Source: Lama glama (lineage: Eukaryota). From it: a stretch of DNA of 64,000 bases. The notes beneath the pieces are model-generated. The model made no database searches and was not told the origin of the DNA. It saw only the letters and a program-made list of their open reading frames with translations. Shown piece by piece: positions 25,941 to 39,425 of this stretch. Each line of letters begins with the position of its first letter. Position 1 is the first letter of the stretch. The translations under genes and the position numbers were made by a program. The stretch is from contig CM052817.1 in assembly GCA_028534125.1 (NCBI GenBank), positions 11,534,001 to 11,598,000 on the forward strand, written 5' to 3'.

Positions 25941-28329
25941 ACATTCATAGCCTTATCCCAGTCAAAAAGTTTACTTATTTAAGACTAACCACCCTTAAGC
26001 TTTCTCCAACCTGACATTTACAAGACATGAGGACAGCTATGGGCTTGTAGACTTTAGAGATGATCTACACAAAGTCCTCATTTTATAGAAGAGGACATTT
26101 AGTGCACAAAAGCCAGCTGTACAGTTCTGGGATTAGAACGCAGAATCTGCCATCTGCCAAACTGCCAAAGTGATGACAGTGGTGAGTTTAGAACCAGAGG
26201 CTTGGTGATGCATGGCTTGCAGAAGTATGGAGGTAAAGGTGGTTGAGCTGCTCCCCTGAAGACGGTGGTTGTAGCTTTGCTGTTGCAGGATCTGTGGCTT
26301 CAAGACTCCATACTACTCGTTCCATTTACCAGTCTGGTATTAAGGCTCTAGAAGAGCCCCAAAAGGGATCACAGTAGACTTCTGACTTGTGATAAAGTCC
26401 ATGCTGGCTTTATTTGGATGTCAGAGAGGCTGGGGCAATGGGTGGAAAGCCAGCAAGATGATTCTGGATTCTGGGTCAGTCTCCATTAAGGTACCCTCCT
26501 TAAGTGTATCTTCCCTCTACTGCTACGTACCGAGACCCTCCAAACAGAATGAGGCAGTGTCTCTGTGGAATTCAGCCCAGAGGCATATGGAATTCTAGGA
26601 GACTGAGTATCTCAGGTTTTGGAGCTCATGTGCTTAGAGGGACACCACACGTACAAATCAGGAAGAAGCAACTTTTTTCTAAATGTTTGGCTTAGGTGAC
26701 TAGCTCTAAAATCTACCCTAATGTACTATGACTATTTTGCATGTCCTGTAAGATGTTGCTGAGCCAAATAGTGTTATTATTCACAAATAATAAATATTCA
26801 TAAATAATTCGTAAGTAAACTGCTTATCACTTCTGCACAAAGTGAGTAATAGAACCTTAACTACAAACATGGGTTTGTTCCACTGGATTCTGCTTTCTCT
26901 CTTTAACAATAACTTTAAAGGGCCCCCTTTAACTCAGGTCTTTGAAAGACGAAAGATTGAGAAATGTAGAATGGACAGCAAGGAATGAACTATACTTATT
27001 TGATTAAGCACGTATAAAAATACTCAGAACACTGCAAGTAGTACAAAGATAACTTAGATATAGATAAACAGATGGTAGATAGGTAACAGATCGATCCATC
27101 AGTCAGGCCAGGATGGGTCTGGATCTGCTTCTAAGTTATCTTCAGGGTGCTTGCTCGTTGGCAGGCAGTGCCTTTGTCAGAAGGGGTAACTCAGTATCTT
27201 TTATTTCCTTTCAGCTGTGCTCACTGAAGTCAAATATATTTTTAAAAATAATTATTAAACACCTACTATGTGATGGAAGCTGTGCTATGCTAATTATTGT
27301 GTCTGTAGGGATAACTAAGCTGTGGTCCTTGTCTTCAAGCAGCTTTCTTTTGAAGGAGGTTGGTGAAGGTCCTGTGACCTGACCTGGATAGGAACTATTT
27401 CTTGCAGTTATTTTTGTGTGTGTGGTGTTGTTTTGCTTTGGAATTGTCCTTTTATTTCCATGTTGGCTTCTCTGCTGGACTAATTGCTACTTGGTTTCGA
27501 AATGTTTTTCCTTAGTATAGAGCAACGTCATTTGGTTACAGTTTAATTTTTCATCATCAATTAGAATTTAACTACTACATATTTATTGCATTAGTTCCTT
27601 CTGTTCTGTCTTGCTATTGTACAAATCTAAGCGATGCCGGAAATGACAAAGCGAATAGATTCTCTGAGTAATGCCTTTTGCCTGTGATTGCTGAGGCGGG
27701 AAGAAGTTTATGGTTCACTCAGGTTTGGAGCAGGAGAATAAAAATATATTCAAGACTGGCTGTTACCTAGAAGACTACTCGCTGTCGCTCTAAAGTCCTT
27801 TCCTTTGGGAATGTTTCCTGACTCCCACGAGCAGTTACATTCCTTTTGAAATAGATAACATTTAGAATTGAGAGTTATGCTTTGTGAGAAAAAAATGCAG
27901 TACTCTTAGGCGTTTCCTATTTAAAATCTCATATATTCTCCACATGAGTTACACCTAAGTAAAGGTGTGTGAAGGCTGATTCATGACTATAAAGACTAGG
28001 TCATTAATTTGATTTGCTTATCATTTAAAGTATCTTTGCAAAAATTCCCACATTTATACCATCGGGCTGTGTGTGTATACACGTGCATATTTAAATCTCA
28101 TTCTTTTATGTTAATTTTTTTTTTTACCATATGTAGAGAGAGCTTTTATATCGTGTTCTTCCGATCTTCAAATTTGCCCTGTGATGTGGCTGAGTGTGAG
28201 ATGACCACCCAATTACAGGTTAGGAAACTAAAACTCAAATAATTGATTTTTCCCTAGGTGGCGCTAAGTAAGGAGGAGAAATAGGACTAATTAGGTGTGC
28301 CTCTCTAGAATCCCTTCTCCTCTCTTTCA

Positions 28330-28830
28330 GCAATAATTTCTGAGTTTCACTGTGGAGTTTTGCCTTCCCTGTCTTCTATCTGTGTGGACCAGATGGGACC
28401 CTACCCGTTGTTTCATGGCTGTTTCTTGTCCTGCAGACCTAAGACAATGGCATTTCCATTGTCTGGACGAGTGATGAGATGAATTCAGAGTAGACAAGTG
28501 CCTGACCTGGGTTCATCAGAAGGAATCCTAGACTTTTGGGGAGAGCTGTGGGAAACGGATCCTCTTTTCCTCTAGGTTTGGTGTTGGGAGGAGGTGGAAC
28601 TGAAGCTGCTTACCACCGCGTGGAGTCCTGGATGAAAGCCAGGAGGGCAGAAGGCAATGCCAGATAAGGAGGGAAAAGAAACTATGTGCCGGTAACACCG
28701 CTGATGTCGGTAAGCACCTACATCAAGCCACACCTCAAAGTCTGTCTTACCTTTGGACTTTTAGTTCAATGAAAAACCTTTTTCTCCTCAAGCTTGTTTG
28801 GGCTGGGCTTTTAGTCCTGACTGATATAGC
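28330..28830 (+). mobile_element. MLT1-type MaLR LTR remnant
   Basis: 3' end tttggacttttagttcaatg...ctcaagcttgtttgggctgggctttt...tcctgactgata. Confidence 0.55.
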
Positions 28831-30139
28831 TCTGTAGGCGAATAAGCCACAGTGCCAGTTTCAAGGACTGCAATTTCCCAATGTCAAAAATGAAGGTGCT
28901 TTTCTAGCTGATGGCTCTGAAGTCATGATTCCATCTTGACTCTCTAAGGGTCATCTCAACAGCATGCTGAGAGCAATGCATGTCCTTTGGTGTCCAACAA
29001 TTTAAGTTTACTCTTGGGTGTGGTGTTTTTTTCCCTGTGGCAAATAGTTGATTTTCCCAAGGTTAATAGAGTCTAAGATAGATTTATTGTAACTCAAGAT
29101 TTTGATTCAGCAATGGTTAGGGTGTTATTCTTTAAAACATTAAGAAAACATGGAAGAACTTAGTCAAAAGTTGATGCTAGACTATCTACGGTCTGACAGA
29201 AATCTATGCACTAAGTCCATGTGCTATTTTGCCATTAAATAATTGGTGTTCTTAGTTTATAAATAAATTCCTTCCATGATGATAAATGTGCTCTTAAAAA
29301 TTTAGTCATGAAAATTGTGGTGTGTTGTTGCTGCAATATTTACAAAAAAGTACTATACATTTTTAAAAGTATGATTCCAGTTATTGTGCAGAGGAAGAAA
29401 GAAAAACATGTTTTTCATTTAATAGATTGTATAGGAAATCAGTTATTACAGTCAAAAGGTGCATCATACACTAAACTGAAAAATGCCTGAATGTTGGAGG
29501 AAGAATCACTTTTGACACCACTCCTCTCCTCGCAGGAGAGAACTAACCCTTCAGAGTTGCCCAAGTTGCCTGGTGGGGATGCTAAGTGGAGGACAGGAGC
29601 GACTTACTAATTGCTTTATGACCACATTTACTGAATTGTGAGGTTCTTCTGTATTTGATAAAATGGCATGAGTATCCTATTTAAATCCTCATAACACGTT
29701 AAATGTTTGGAGGTTTCTAGAAAGTGATTATTTGTGGTTCCCTGAGCACACCAGGAGGTTTCAGATTTCCATGCTTTTGCATATGCGGTTCCCCCAGCCT
29801 GAAAGGCCGTTCCTTGCCTTCTCCACCAAATGAGCTCCTGTGTACCTTCCAAGACATAGTTCAAGCTCTTTGTTCTCCCTGGGCTCCTCCTCTAGGCATT
29901 TGATTGCTCTGTGCCTTGGTCCACTGTACCTTATCTATGTTTTTTAATTGTAGAATCAGTCAAAATCTACTGCACTACTTCTCTGTTCCCTATCTCTTCC
30001 ACTGGACTTTGAGGACCTTCGATTCAAAGACTTGCCTGACCCTGCAAGTGCCCAATATATGTTTGCTGAGTGAATTTAATAAATTAGTGGTCCTCATTTG
30101 AGTAAGTATTCTAACCGTAACTGTCCTGGGTATTCATTT

Positions 30140-30335
30140 TGAATACCTAATAATAGCCAGGCAATGTATATACATTATAATTTATTGTAATTTAATCGTT
30201 AACCCTGCAAAGTTATATTATCCCTCTCCCCATTTTGTAGATGAGAAAACTGAGGCTCAGAGAGGTTGAGAGGGTTGCCCAAGATGTCACTAGTAAGTGG
30301 TAGTGCAGGGATGCACGGACTGTGCTCTTACCTCC
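30140..30335 (-). mobile_element. MIR SINE (further antisense MIRs at about 31560-31820 and 31910-32100)
   Basis: cccattttgtagatgagaaaactgaggctcagagaggtt MIR core. Confidence 0.85.
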
Positions 30336-30789
30336 ACATAATATCTCTAACTTTGTTTGAAATAGTTATTTAAAAATTTTCTAAAATGCTTCCTTTTGAA
30401 CATTCTCTGAATATTCTCTTGAGGGCTCTGTTTCCTGCTAGATTTGTGCTACCTGCTTCCGTCTGCAAAATCAAATAAGCCACTTTATGCAGCTCCTTCC
30501 TCAGGAAATCTGGAAAACGGAGCTGTTCTTTCTAGGAACACTAACAATTCATCTCCATTTACTGGCCTGGTTTGTGATTTTCAGTTTAACCCGTTATGGC
30601 TCCTGGTCCCTGGGTTGGGGCTGTTGGCAGGTTAAATCTAAAAAAGTTGTTAGGCTCAGCAAACAGAGCCAGGAAGCGGAAGCAAATTTTAGGAAAGAAG
30701 TTATTTCAGTTACTGAAGCCAAACAAACATTTTGATTAAAATGGTCTAATTCCAAGTCTTTGCTCTGCCAGTGTAGCTCTGGTCCACAC

Positions 30790-30883
30790 CTGTTATACTC
30801 TGCAGTGCACTGTTCCCCAGAAATTGCCAAGTGCTAGTTTGTGAATTTGACCTGCTTAAGGTTTTGATGAGGTTTTCATCAGT
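30790..30883 (-). CDS. Candidate exon D (TDENLIKTLSRSNSQTSTWQFLGNSALQSIT), or start of a 3'UTR terminal exon
   Basis: Very strong acceptor ttgcttctgtttctgatttctcttcag|; only phase 0 is open; moderate donor CAG|gtgtgg; alternatively runs on to AATAAA at 30181-30186. Confidence 0.35.
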
Positions 30884-33575
30884 CTGAAGAGAAATCAGAA
30901 ACAGAAGCAATGTTATAGGTGCATCTGAATACACGCACAACACACACACAGTCATTGGTTTCCTTTTTGAGAAGGATTGTTTTTCATTCAGAGGTTCTTT
31001 CTTTCCACCTACTTTTAGAATAAAATATCTTTTTTCTTAAGAAATTAGTGTGTGAATAGAAGGTAGATAATTTTCTTAATGCTTCAACCTTCATGACAAA
31101 ATAAAAATAGCTACAAAGTCCTATTTCCCTTGATTTTTAAACAAATTTTACAGGACCATGAAATCCCAGAGTCCTGGAACTACATCTCACTTCCTCTTTC
31201 CCTTGGTATTTTTGTTGGCCATAAATAACAAAGCTGCTTCCAAAGATGGAAGACTAATGTTTTCAAATGATTTTCTCCTCTGGACTCTGGTCTCACCTGT
31301 TGTCTTTACCCTTCATTGGCAGTTAGACTATGATGCCTTGCACTGTTAGTATAGATTTATGTCCTAGCTAATAAAATAGATTGTAACCACACCTACCGGA
31401 GGTAGGAAATGTCACTTTCTTTCCATATATTCATCACTTTCTTTCCATATATCACTAGAATCTACACATAATAGATGCTTAAATGTTTTAAAATAGGTTT
31501 AATGTCAGGAACCTGGGGGAAGCTACTGAAAATTAATAAGATAATAATGACAATAGATTAAAATTAATATTTATTAAGTGCTTTCTATAAATTAGGCATT
31601 ATTTTAAATATTCCAATATGTGCCTTGTTTAATCCTCCTAACAGCCGAACTAAATAGGTTTTATTGTCATTGCCTTCATTTTACAGGAGAGGAAACATAG
31701 ATAACAGGGGGTTAAGTAACCTGTTTAGAGTCACATGGCTTTTACTTGGCAGTGGTAGGATTTAAACCTAGATGGGTTTAGCTTGAGGGCTCAGTATTCC
31801 TAACCACCACACCATGCCGCCTCCTGCAGGGACACCTCTGGCAGCTGCATTTGGAGAAGAATGGCAGCAATGGTGGCAGCAATTGCACAACTAGAACAAC
31901 TGGAAGATCCCCTGGCTCTGTACGTGCTAAGGGATTCATATGCATTATTTCATGCTTACAACCACCCTATGCATTCTAAGCTCCTGTGACCCATTTTACA
32001 GATGAGGAAGCTGAGGTACAGAGGTCTTAATTTCTTGCCCAAGACTGGGAGTTGGCAGAACCTGAACTCAGGCATAGGTTTGCCGGACTCTAAACTCCAT
32101 GGGTTATGACGGCGTACTTGGATGAGCTCAGGATTTGGGGCAGGAAAATTCCATCTCCAGCCTCTCCAGTAGCTGAGTGGCCACAGCCATGTCACTGGAC
32201 CCTCTGAGATTGTTCTGTCTTCTATAAGGAGGAGGATATGTGTGTAAGATGCTTAATAAACAGTAATGTGCTACTTAAATGTAATTTATTTATATATGTG
32301 GCAGAAGCTTGTTACATTTCCTGGTTCTCTGAGCATCTCTGGAGATTCAGAAAGCTCACTGCCTTTCCTCTTCCCTTCACTTGCTAGCTTCCCATACCAG
32401 CAGACACCTCAGAAAGCTGTGGGCTCTTGTTGCTGAGTAGCTCTAGGAAATGTATTTCGAGTTGCCGATCACCTCTAGTCACAGAAGGAAAATCAAGGCT
32501 GACAAGCACCATGCTCATTAGGCAGCCACACTTGGTTTTATCCAGCCTATCCAGCCACAAAGATGATAGGAAAAAATATTTATAGTTGACCTTTCAAGAT
32601 TAATAATTCCTGTGAAAGAGAAACTGGTATTCAACACAAGTAAAAAAAATCCTGAGAATTGAAGGAAATAATTATTTTACTGTTTGTAGTACAGTTTGTT
32701 ACATTTATTAAAAATTTAATAAAATGCATATGTATATTTCTCACACTTAAAGACAGTAATAATGTAAAATCAGTTCAATCCGCTTCTTTAAAATGGGACG
32801 TGTGACATTCTTACTACTCTAAATTATTTTGATATTCTCTTAAAAAAATATGCATTAATCTTGTAATTTGAGAAAGTAAAATTCCATAAGAAATTAGTTA
32901 AAAGAAACTCAAAAATGGATCTTTTAGGAGCATTAAAAATCAAATGCTAAACCAGTCATGATTTTAGATGTTAGGAAATAAAAATTGAAATTAACATGTT
33001 CCTTTGTCTTAACTTTTGATCTGCCCTTATTCTTTCTTTTGACTCCACATTAGATTGACAACTAATACCATGTTTAGGTATCGTGTGTGTCTGGTGAAGA
33101 TTTTCCTGGCTTATCTTATTGTCTGAAAAAGGCAAGACTTATGAGAATCCATTTTGTTGCCAAATAAATGTATTCTCATTGAGGCAACTTCAGTTGAAAA
33201 CCCTTAAACCTTATACCGTAAATAATTAAATGCTCTGTGCTTTGAACATAAAATATGCTGTACACTGGGTGCAAAAAACCCTACAACTTTTCTAAATGGG
33301 AGCGACTTGAGTTTATGAAATGGGAAGGGGGAGGATGGAGGCTGACAGAATGCAGTGTAAGTTAACATTGTGGGGATTTTTACTTTAGTACTTGGTGCTT
33401 CTTGTTTGTTGTTTTTAGTGCAAATAAAAAATGCTATAAATTAGTCTGAAAAGCAATTTAAAATAATTTTGTAAACATGAAAGCATTTCCTGAATAGAAA
33501 CACCTCATCCTTTCTTTTTGAAATTGTAAATTACTATAAAAGAATTTCAAAAGGATTTTTATAAAGTAATGACCA

Positions 33576-34884
33576 TTTTTAGTTTTTTAAAGAACCTCCA
33601 AACTGTCCTCCATAGTAGCTGAACCAATTTACATTCCCATCAACAGTGTAGGAGGATTCCTTTTTCTCCACACTTTCTCCAGTATTTATTATCTGTAAAC
33701 TTTTTAATGATGGCTATTCTGACTGGTGTAGGGTTATACCTCATTGTACTTTTGATTTGCATTTCTCTAATTATCAGTGATATTAAGCATCTTTTCACGT
33801 ACCTGTTGGCTATCTGGATGTCTTCTTTGGAGTAATGTCTATTTAGGTCTTCTGCCCATTTTTTGATTGGGTTGCTTGTTTTTTGATATTAAGCTGTATG
33901 AGTTGTTTGTATATTTTGGAAATTAGTCACTTGTTGGTCATATCACCTGCAAATATTTCCTCCCATCCTGTAGGTTGTCTTTTCGTTTTGTTGATAGTAT
34001 CCTTAGCTGTGCAAAAGCTTTTAAGCTTAATTAGGTGCCAATAGTTTATTTTTGCTTTTATTTTCATTACTCTAGAAGGTGATTCAAAAAAAAATATTGC
34101 TGAAATTTGTGTCAAAGAGTGTTCTGCCTATGTTTTCCTCTAGGAGTTTTATAGTATCTGTTTTTGCATTTAGGTCTTTAATCCATTTTGAGTTTATTTT
34201 TATATATGGTGTTAGAGAATGTTCTAATTTCACTCTTTTACATGTAGCTGTCCAGTTTTCCCAGCACCACTTATTGAAGAGACTGTCTTTTCTCCATTAT
34301 ATATTCTTGCTTCCTTTGTTGTAAATTGACCGTAAGTGTATGGGTTTATCTCTGGACTTTCTATTCTGTTCCATTGACCTATGTGTCTGTTTTTGTGCCA
34401 GTACCATACTGTTCCAATTACTGTGGCTTTGTAGTATAGTCTGAAGCCAGAGAGCATGATTCCTCCAGCTCTGTTCTTCTTTTTCAAGATTGTTTTGTTT
34501 ATTCAGGGTCTTTTGTGTTTCCATATGAATTAAAATTTTTTGTTCCAGTTCTGTGAAAAATGTCATTGGCAGTTTGATAGGGATTGCATTGAATCTGTAA
34601 ACTGCCTTGGGTAGTATGGCCATTTTAACAATATTATATCTTCCAATCCAAGGACACTTAACTCTAAGAATAGACTTACCATATGATTCAGCAATCCCAC
34701 TCCTGGGCATATATCTGGAGAAAACTATAGTTTGAAAACACACATGCACTCCAATGTTCACAGCAGTACTATTTATAATAGCCAAGACACGGAAACTACC
34801 TAAATGTCCATCAACAGATGACTGGATAAAGAAGATGTGGCATATATATATTATAGCTATATAATATAATATATTATATATTCC

Positions 34885-34927
<43 letters not shown>

Positions 34928-35367
34928 GAATATTACTCAGACATAAAAAATGAAATAATGCCATTTGCAGTAACATGGATGGACCCAGAGATATGTTGAG
35001 TGAAGAAAGTCAAAGACAAATACTATATGATATCACTTATATGTGGACTCTTTAAAAAAATGATGCAAATTCTATTTACAAACCAAAACCAGACTCACTG
35101 ACATAGAAAACAAATTATGGTTACCAAAGGGGAAGGGGTGGGGAGGGATAAATTAGGGGTTGGGAATTAAAAGACACACATTACTATATATAAAATAGAT
35201 AAACAACAAGGACCTATTGAATAGCACAGGGAACTATATTCAGTTTCTTGTAATAACATGTAATGGGAAAGAATCTGAAAATATATGTATGTATATGTAA
35301 ACTGAATCACTTTGCTGTACCATTGAAGCTAACATTGTATATCAACTACAATCAAAATTTTTTTTAA
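33576..35367. mobile_element. 5'-inverted (twin-primed) L1, about 1.8 kb
   Basis: Antisense ORF2 33576 to ~34657 ([32 protein letters not shown]), then sense 3' end; 13-bp TSD aaagtaatgacca at 33563-33575 and 35368-35380. Confidence 0.93.
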
Positions 35368-37065
35368 AAAGTAATGACCACTAACCCATCAAATAACAGT
35401 CATTTTTTATTAAACATTTTTCTTTAAAGTCTTTGTTCACATATTATAAAAATTTCAATTTTAGATTATTTAAAAACGTTGAAATGACATTATATTTAGT
35501 CTATTATTATCATTATTAAAGCCTACATAATACCTTGATTTGGTAACTATTTTCTTATTTTTTTGATAATTAGGTTTTTGGTCATTTATCTTACTTTCCT
35601 AGAAATGACAACTACACATTCTAAGTTTTCTAAATATTTTGTTCCATTTTTCCCTATAATTTTCTTTGTATTTGTGTGTCCTGCTTTTTGCTTTAAAAAA
35701 TATGGTCTTGATAATCATGGTTAATAATACAACAAGCCTAAACAGGCCTAAAAAGTATGATTTTTTTTTCCTATGGTGGTTTATTTCTTTAGGACAAATT
35801 TTCTTCTCTTCTTGAGTTACTTTTTTGCTATATTCTATGATGAAGTCCTATTAATTATTTAAAACCCAGCTTAAATGTCTTTTTGCCAAGGTTTTCATTG
35901 ATATTCTCCAGCAGTGTCTATCACTCTGTCCTTTATACATTACTTCTTTGTAGCAGACAGTACCTTGTAGTACAATTATGCTTAATTAAAACAATTTACT
36001 GCCCTTACTACACTGTGCATTTGTTGAAGACAAGTCCTGAGTATATTTTGTACATCATTCCAACTTCATAGAATGGTTTTGGACAAATTCAGTCAATTAA
36101 ATAACTGATTGAATTAAATAAAAGAGCTTACCAGGTCCTAGATGAATGGAAGAAGAAATAAAATGCTATTTTAGAGGAGTTCAGGGAGAAGAGAGACCAT
36201 TAGGGGCTGGAGGAGGAGACGGCAGGAAACCTATTTCTGTTGAGCTTTGTTATGTACCAGGCGCAGTGCCAGGTACTTTACATAGCTTATCTCATTTAAC
36301 CCTGAGAACAACTCTGAGGTAGATTCTGCCATAGTGCATATTGCAGAGACAAAATATTAACGTTCACTGAGTAGTTACTCATGTTCAGTCCAGAGCTAGA
36401 GGAGAGACAGAAGGGGCGTCTTCCACTGAAATTTCTAAGAAGGGATGGATGGGCAGATTCTGCAAGGGCACATGCACAAACAGATAGGAGTGATCAGCTG
36501 TTGTTTGTAGGTTTTGAAGGAGGCCAACCTGGCTAACCTGGAGAGTTTGAATGAGGTTGGGAGACTGGTGATCTGTCCACGGTGTCACACACTTTAAGAA
36601 TCATTAAGCCTAAGGTCACTGACAGAATAGAAGGGGTTAAAGTTCTCGTGAAGGGTGTCTGTATAAATAATGGTTATGACTAGGTGGCTTGGGCGACTCC
36701 TGATACCCAAGGTAGGTCTTATCCTCACTATGGCTCTGTTACCAGATGATGAAGGGTGAGCCCCTAGGAATTCATTCACATTGCTGAGAGCCTTTGGGAA
36801 TGCTCAGTTGAGAGTTTTAATGAAACTAAAGTGGTAGTTGAACCGAGAACAACAGTTCAAGACAGAAGGAAGGCTCTGCTACTTTGAAGGATTATATGAA
36901 AAATCAAAATGTATGAGGATTTACATGAACACAAGCTCCTAAATATGAGCGTGAATCCATGCTCTGCCACCCTACAGATATTTTATTAATAAAAGTTGGT
37001 ATTTAATTTTTTTTTCTTCTCCTAGGACACTTGTAAAATGAAATGCAGCATTTAGGCATAGGTGG

Positions 37066-37414
37066 TGTCTTAGTCTGTTCAGGCTGCTATAACAAAAATA
37101 CCACAGACTGGGTAGATTATAAACAACAGAAATGTATGTCTCACAGTTCTGGAGGCTGGGAAGTCCAAGATCATTGCACTGGCAGATATGGTGTCTGATG
37201 AGGCCTGACTCCTGGTTCAGAGACAGCTGTCTTCTTGCTGTGTCCTCATGTGGCAGAAAGGGCATGGGAACTCTCTGGGACTCTTTTATAAGGGCACTAA
37301 TCCCATTCATGAGGTCTCTGTCCTTATGACTTTATCACCTTCCAAAAGGCCCTCCTCCAAATACCATCACTTGGGAATATGAATTTGGGGGAACACAAAT
37401 GTTCAGTCTGTAGC
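37066..37414 (-). mobile_element. MLT1A-like MaLR solo LTR
   Basis: tgtcttagtctgttcaggctgctataacaaaaataccacagactggg...cacagttctggaggctgggaagtccaagatca...ttcagtctgtagca. Confidence 0.9.
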
Positions 37415-38399
37415 AGGTGGTTATGAGCATCTTTTTTTTTTGTCAATGCTTTATGTTTGTGGTTCTGGGTCCTCACCACCACCACCATCACAAAGTCATC
37501 ATGTTGTATGCTTTCTGATATGTAATACCGGACACTTTTGGGCATAGTAATAGACTAAGGTCCAGTTCTCGTTCTTGAAGAGGAAATGGGATGTGTAGAG
37601 AAGACAGTAAGGGAATTAACATTTACTTAGCAGTTTTTATGTGCCATCCACTTATGTCAAATATATAACATGAAAACAGGCTGAAAAATATTGCTGTCTT
37701 GACAGCTGGCATGGTGCAAGAGTTATTTAGGAAGAGAAGAGTCGTTGGTTAGAAAACTCTTTTAGATTACTTTGGTAGTGGAAACCAAGGCTTGGTGACC
37801 TGGTATGGAAGAGCTGTGCTATAAGGAGATGGGAAAAGTGAAAATTAAAAACATTTAGGGATGAGTCAACAGTTAGAGGGTCAGGTGTAGTGCCCCACAT
37901 TGATCACTTATGGAATGAAATGTAGATGAGTTTGATTGGCTCAATCCAGGCCCCACGCTTATATATGCTTATACTCAAACTTCCTAAGCAAGGAGTGCTA
38001 GGGTTGAGTTCCCGCTTGAAGAGGTGAGAGTCATAATTTAGGGCATTCTTCAAACATGTGAAAGCTGTTCAGAAGATGCTGGGAGAGCCAAAACATTATA
38101 GGCCCACTATAAATAGAAACCCTCTTTTAATCCTCTTTTGAATCTATTTCCATCTCTTCTGTCTTGATTACAGAGACCCATGAACAATAGTGCCTTGGGT
38201 CACTGTGGTCAGAAGTGCTAGCTATGCACTGCATGACTCCTCGGGGTGTGCCATTTACGTAGACTCTGATGTGAGTGGTTTCCCTGGAGTTGTGCAACTT
38301 GGAAGCCCTTGAAGTGCCCCTTCGCATTTACAACACTAATTAATAAGAAAAAGCGTTACAGAATGCTTACTGTGATCAGGCACCGTCCTGCTGTAGGAC

Positions 38400-38600
38400 A
38401 ATGGATAGTCCAGAGCAGACTTTGAGGCTTTGGCTTTGAATTTCACGTCTGCCACTTCTCAGATGTGTGGCCATGGGCAAGTTATCTAAACTCTCAGAAT
38501 CTTACTTTCTTTGTAAAGCGGAGGTGCCAATATTTACCTCATCATGTTATACGTGCCTGGTCCAGGGTAAGCGTATGGAAATGGCAGCTATAATTATGAT
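38400..38600 (+). mobile_element. MIR SINE
   Basis: tctgccacttctcagatgtgtggccatgggcaagttatctaaactctcag. Confidence 0.7.
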
Positions 38601-38779
38601 TTACAAACATTATCTCATCTAATTTCCATTACGGTCTTATAATTTAGTTCTAATTCATGGGGAAATTGAGGTTCAGCAAACTTAAGACTTACCCAAGATA
38701 AGATATCTGTGGCAGAGTATGGATTCACACTCCTATCTGGGAGCCTGTACTCATTCTATATGGACAACTTGACTTTTAC

Positions 38780-38898
38780 CTATTTCCAAGGATAACTCTT
38801 CAATCTGAAGTCCTTATCTTCCGAGCCTCTCTTGCCATGTCCAACATAAATATTAATGCAGCTACCATCTGCCATCATGTATGAGCACTTGGTCAAAT
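38780..38898 (-). CDS. Candidate exon C: DLTKCSYMMADGSCINIYVGH-GKR-GSEDKDFRLKSYPWK* (putative amidated-peptide exon)
   Basis: ttttacttcatttgctaaaatag|...AAATAG|gtaaaa; 119 nt; only phase 1 stays open (to the last codon, TAG), matching the phase-1 donor of the signal exon; Cys pair and GKR. Confidence 0.5.
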
Positions 38899-39425
38899 CT
38901 ATTTTAGCAAATGAAGTAAAATTGCCTTTTGTTTGGTTTAGTATATGTGTGTTATGCTTTCTTATGACTATCCAGTCCATTTTTGAAGTGGAATCTTGGT
39001 TACCTAGGGAACTGGAATACAGTACTGGTAAATGTTTTTATTTTTAATGAGATGCAAGTTCAAAGTGGTTAGAATTGTTGGCTGAATTTCAACTGGTAAC
39101 CTCTGCATTGACTGGAAAGTAACATAATTTCACTTTTTATTTTTTACATAAAACTAAAATTAAAGGTGGGAGAAAAAGGAGTTGATGAGAGTTGATGAAA
39201 AATAAGAATTTTGAAGTTGCAGATATTCTGCCTGCAGTTCAAAGCCAGTTAATTAATATCTTTATTTCAGACTATATAATTTGCACGTAATTTTTTTTCA
39301 CTTTGGGACATGTTTTATATATTTTAAATGGGGATAAATTTCACATGCCATGTTACAGCAGATATGTAACTGTTAATGGTTGTAAGTTCCTTTTTGGAGT
39401 GGTACTTGCCTCTCCCTAGACTTAC

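Noticed and set aside
30594..30830. 78-aa Cys-containing minus-strand ORF overlapping exon D in another frame
   Set aside because: Non-ATG start and stops separate it from the strong acceptor; only relevant if exon D is frameshifted
31392..31452. Short hairpin (cctacc-gga-ggtagg) and a 19-bp tandem duplication
   Set aside because: Ordinary local palindrome and slippage duplication; no sign of function
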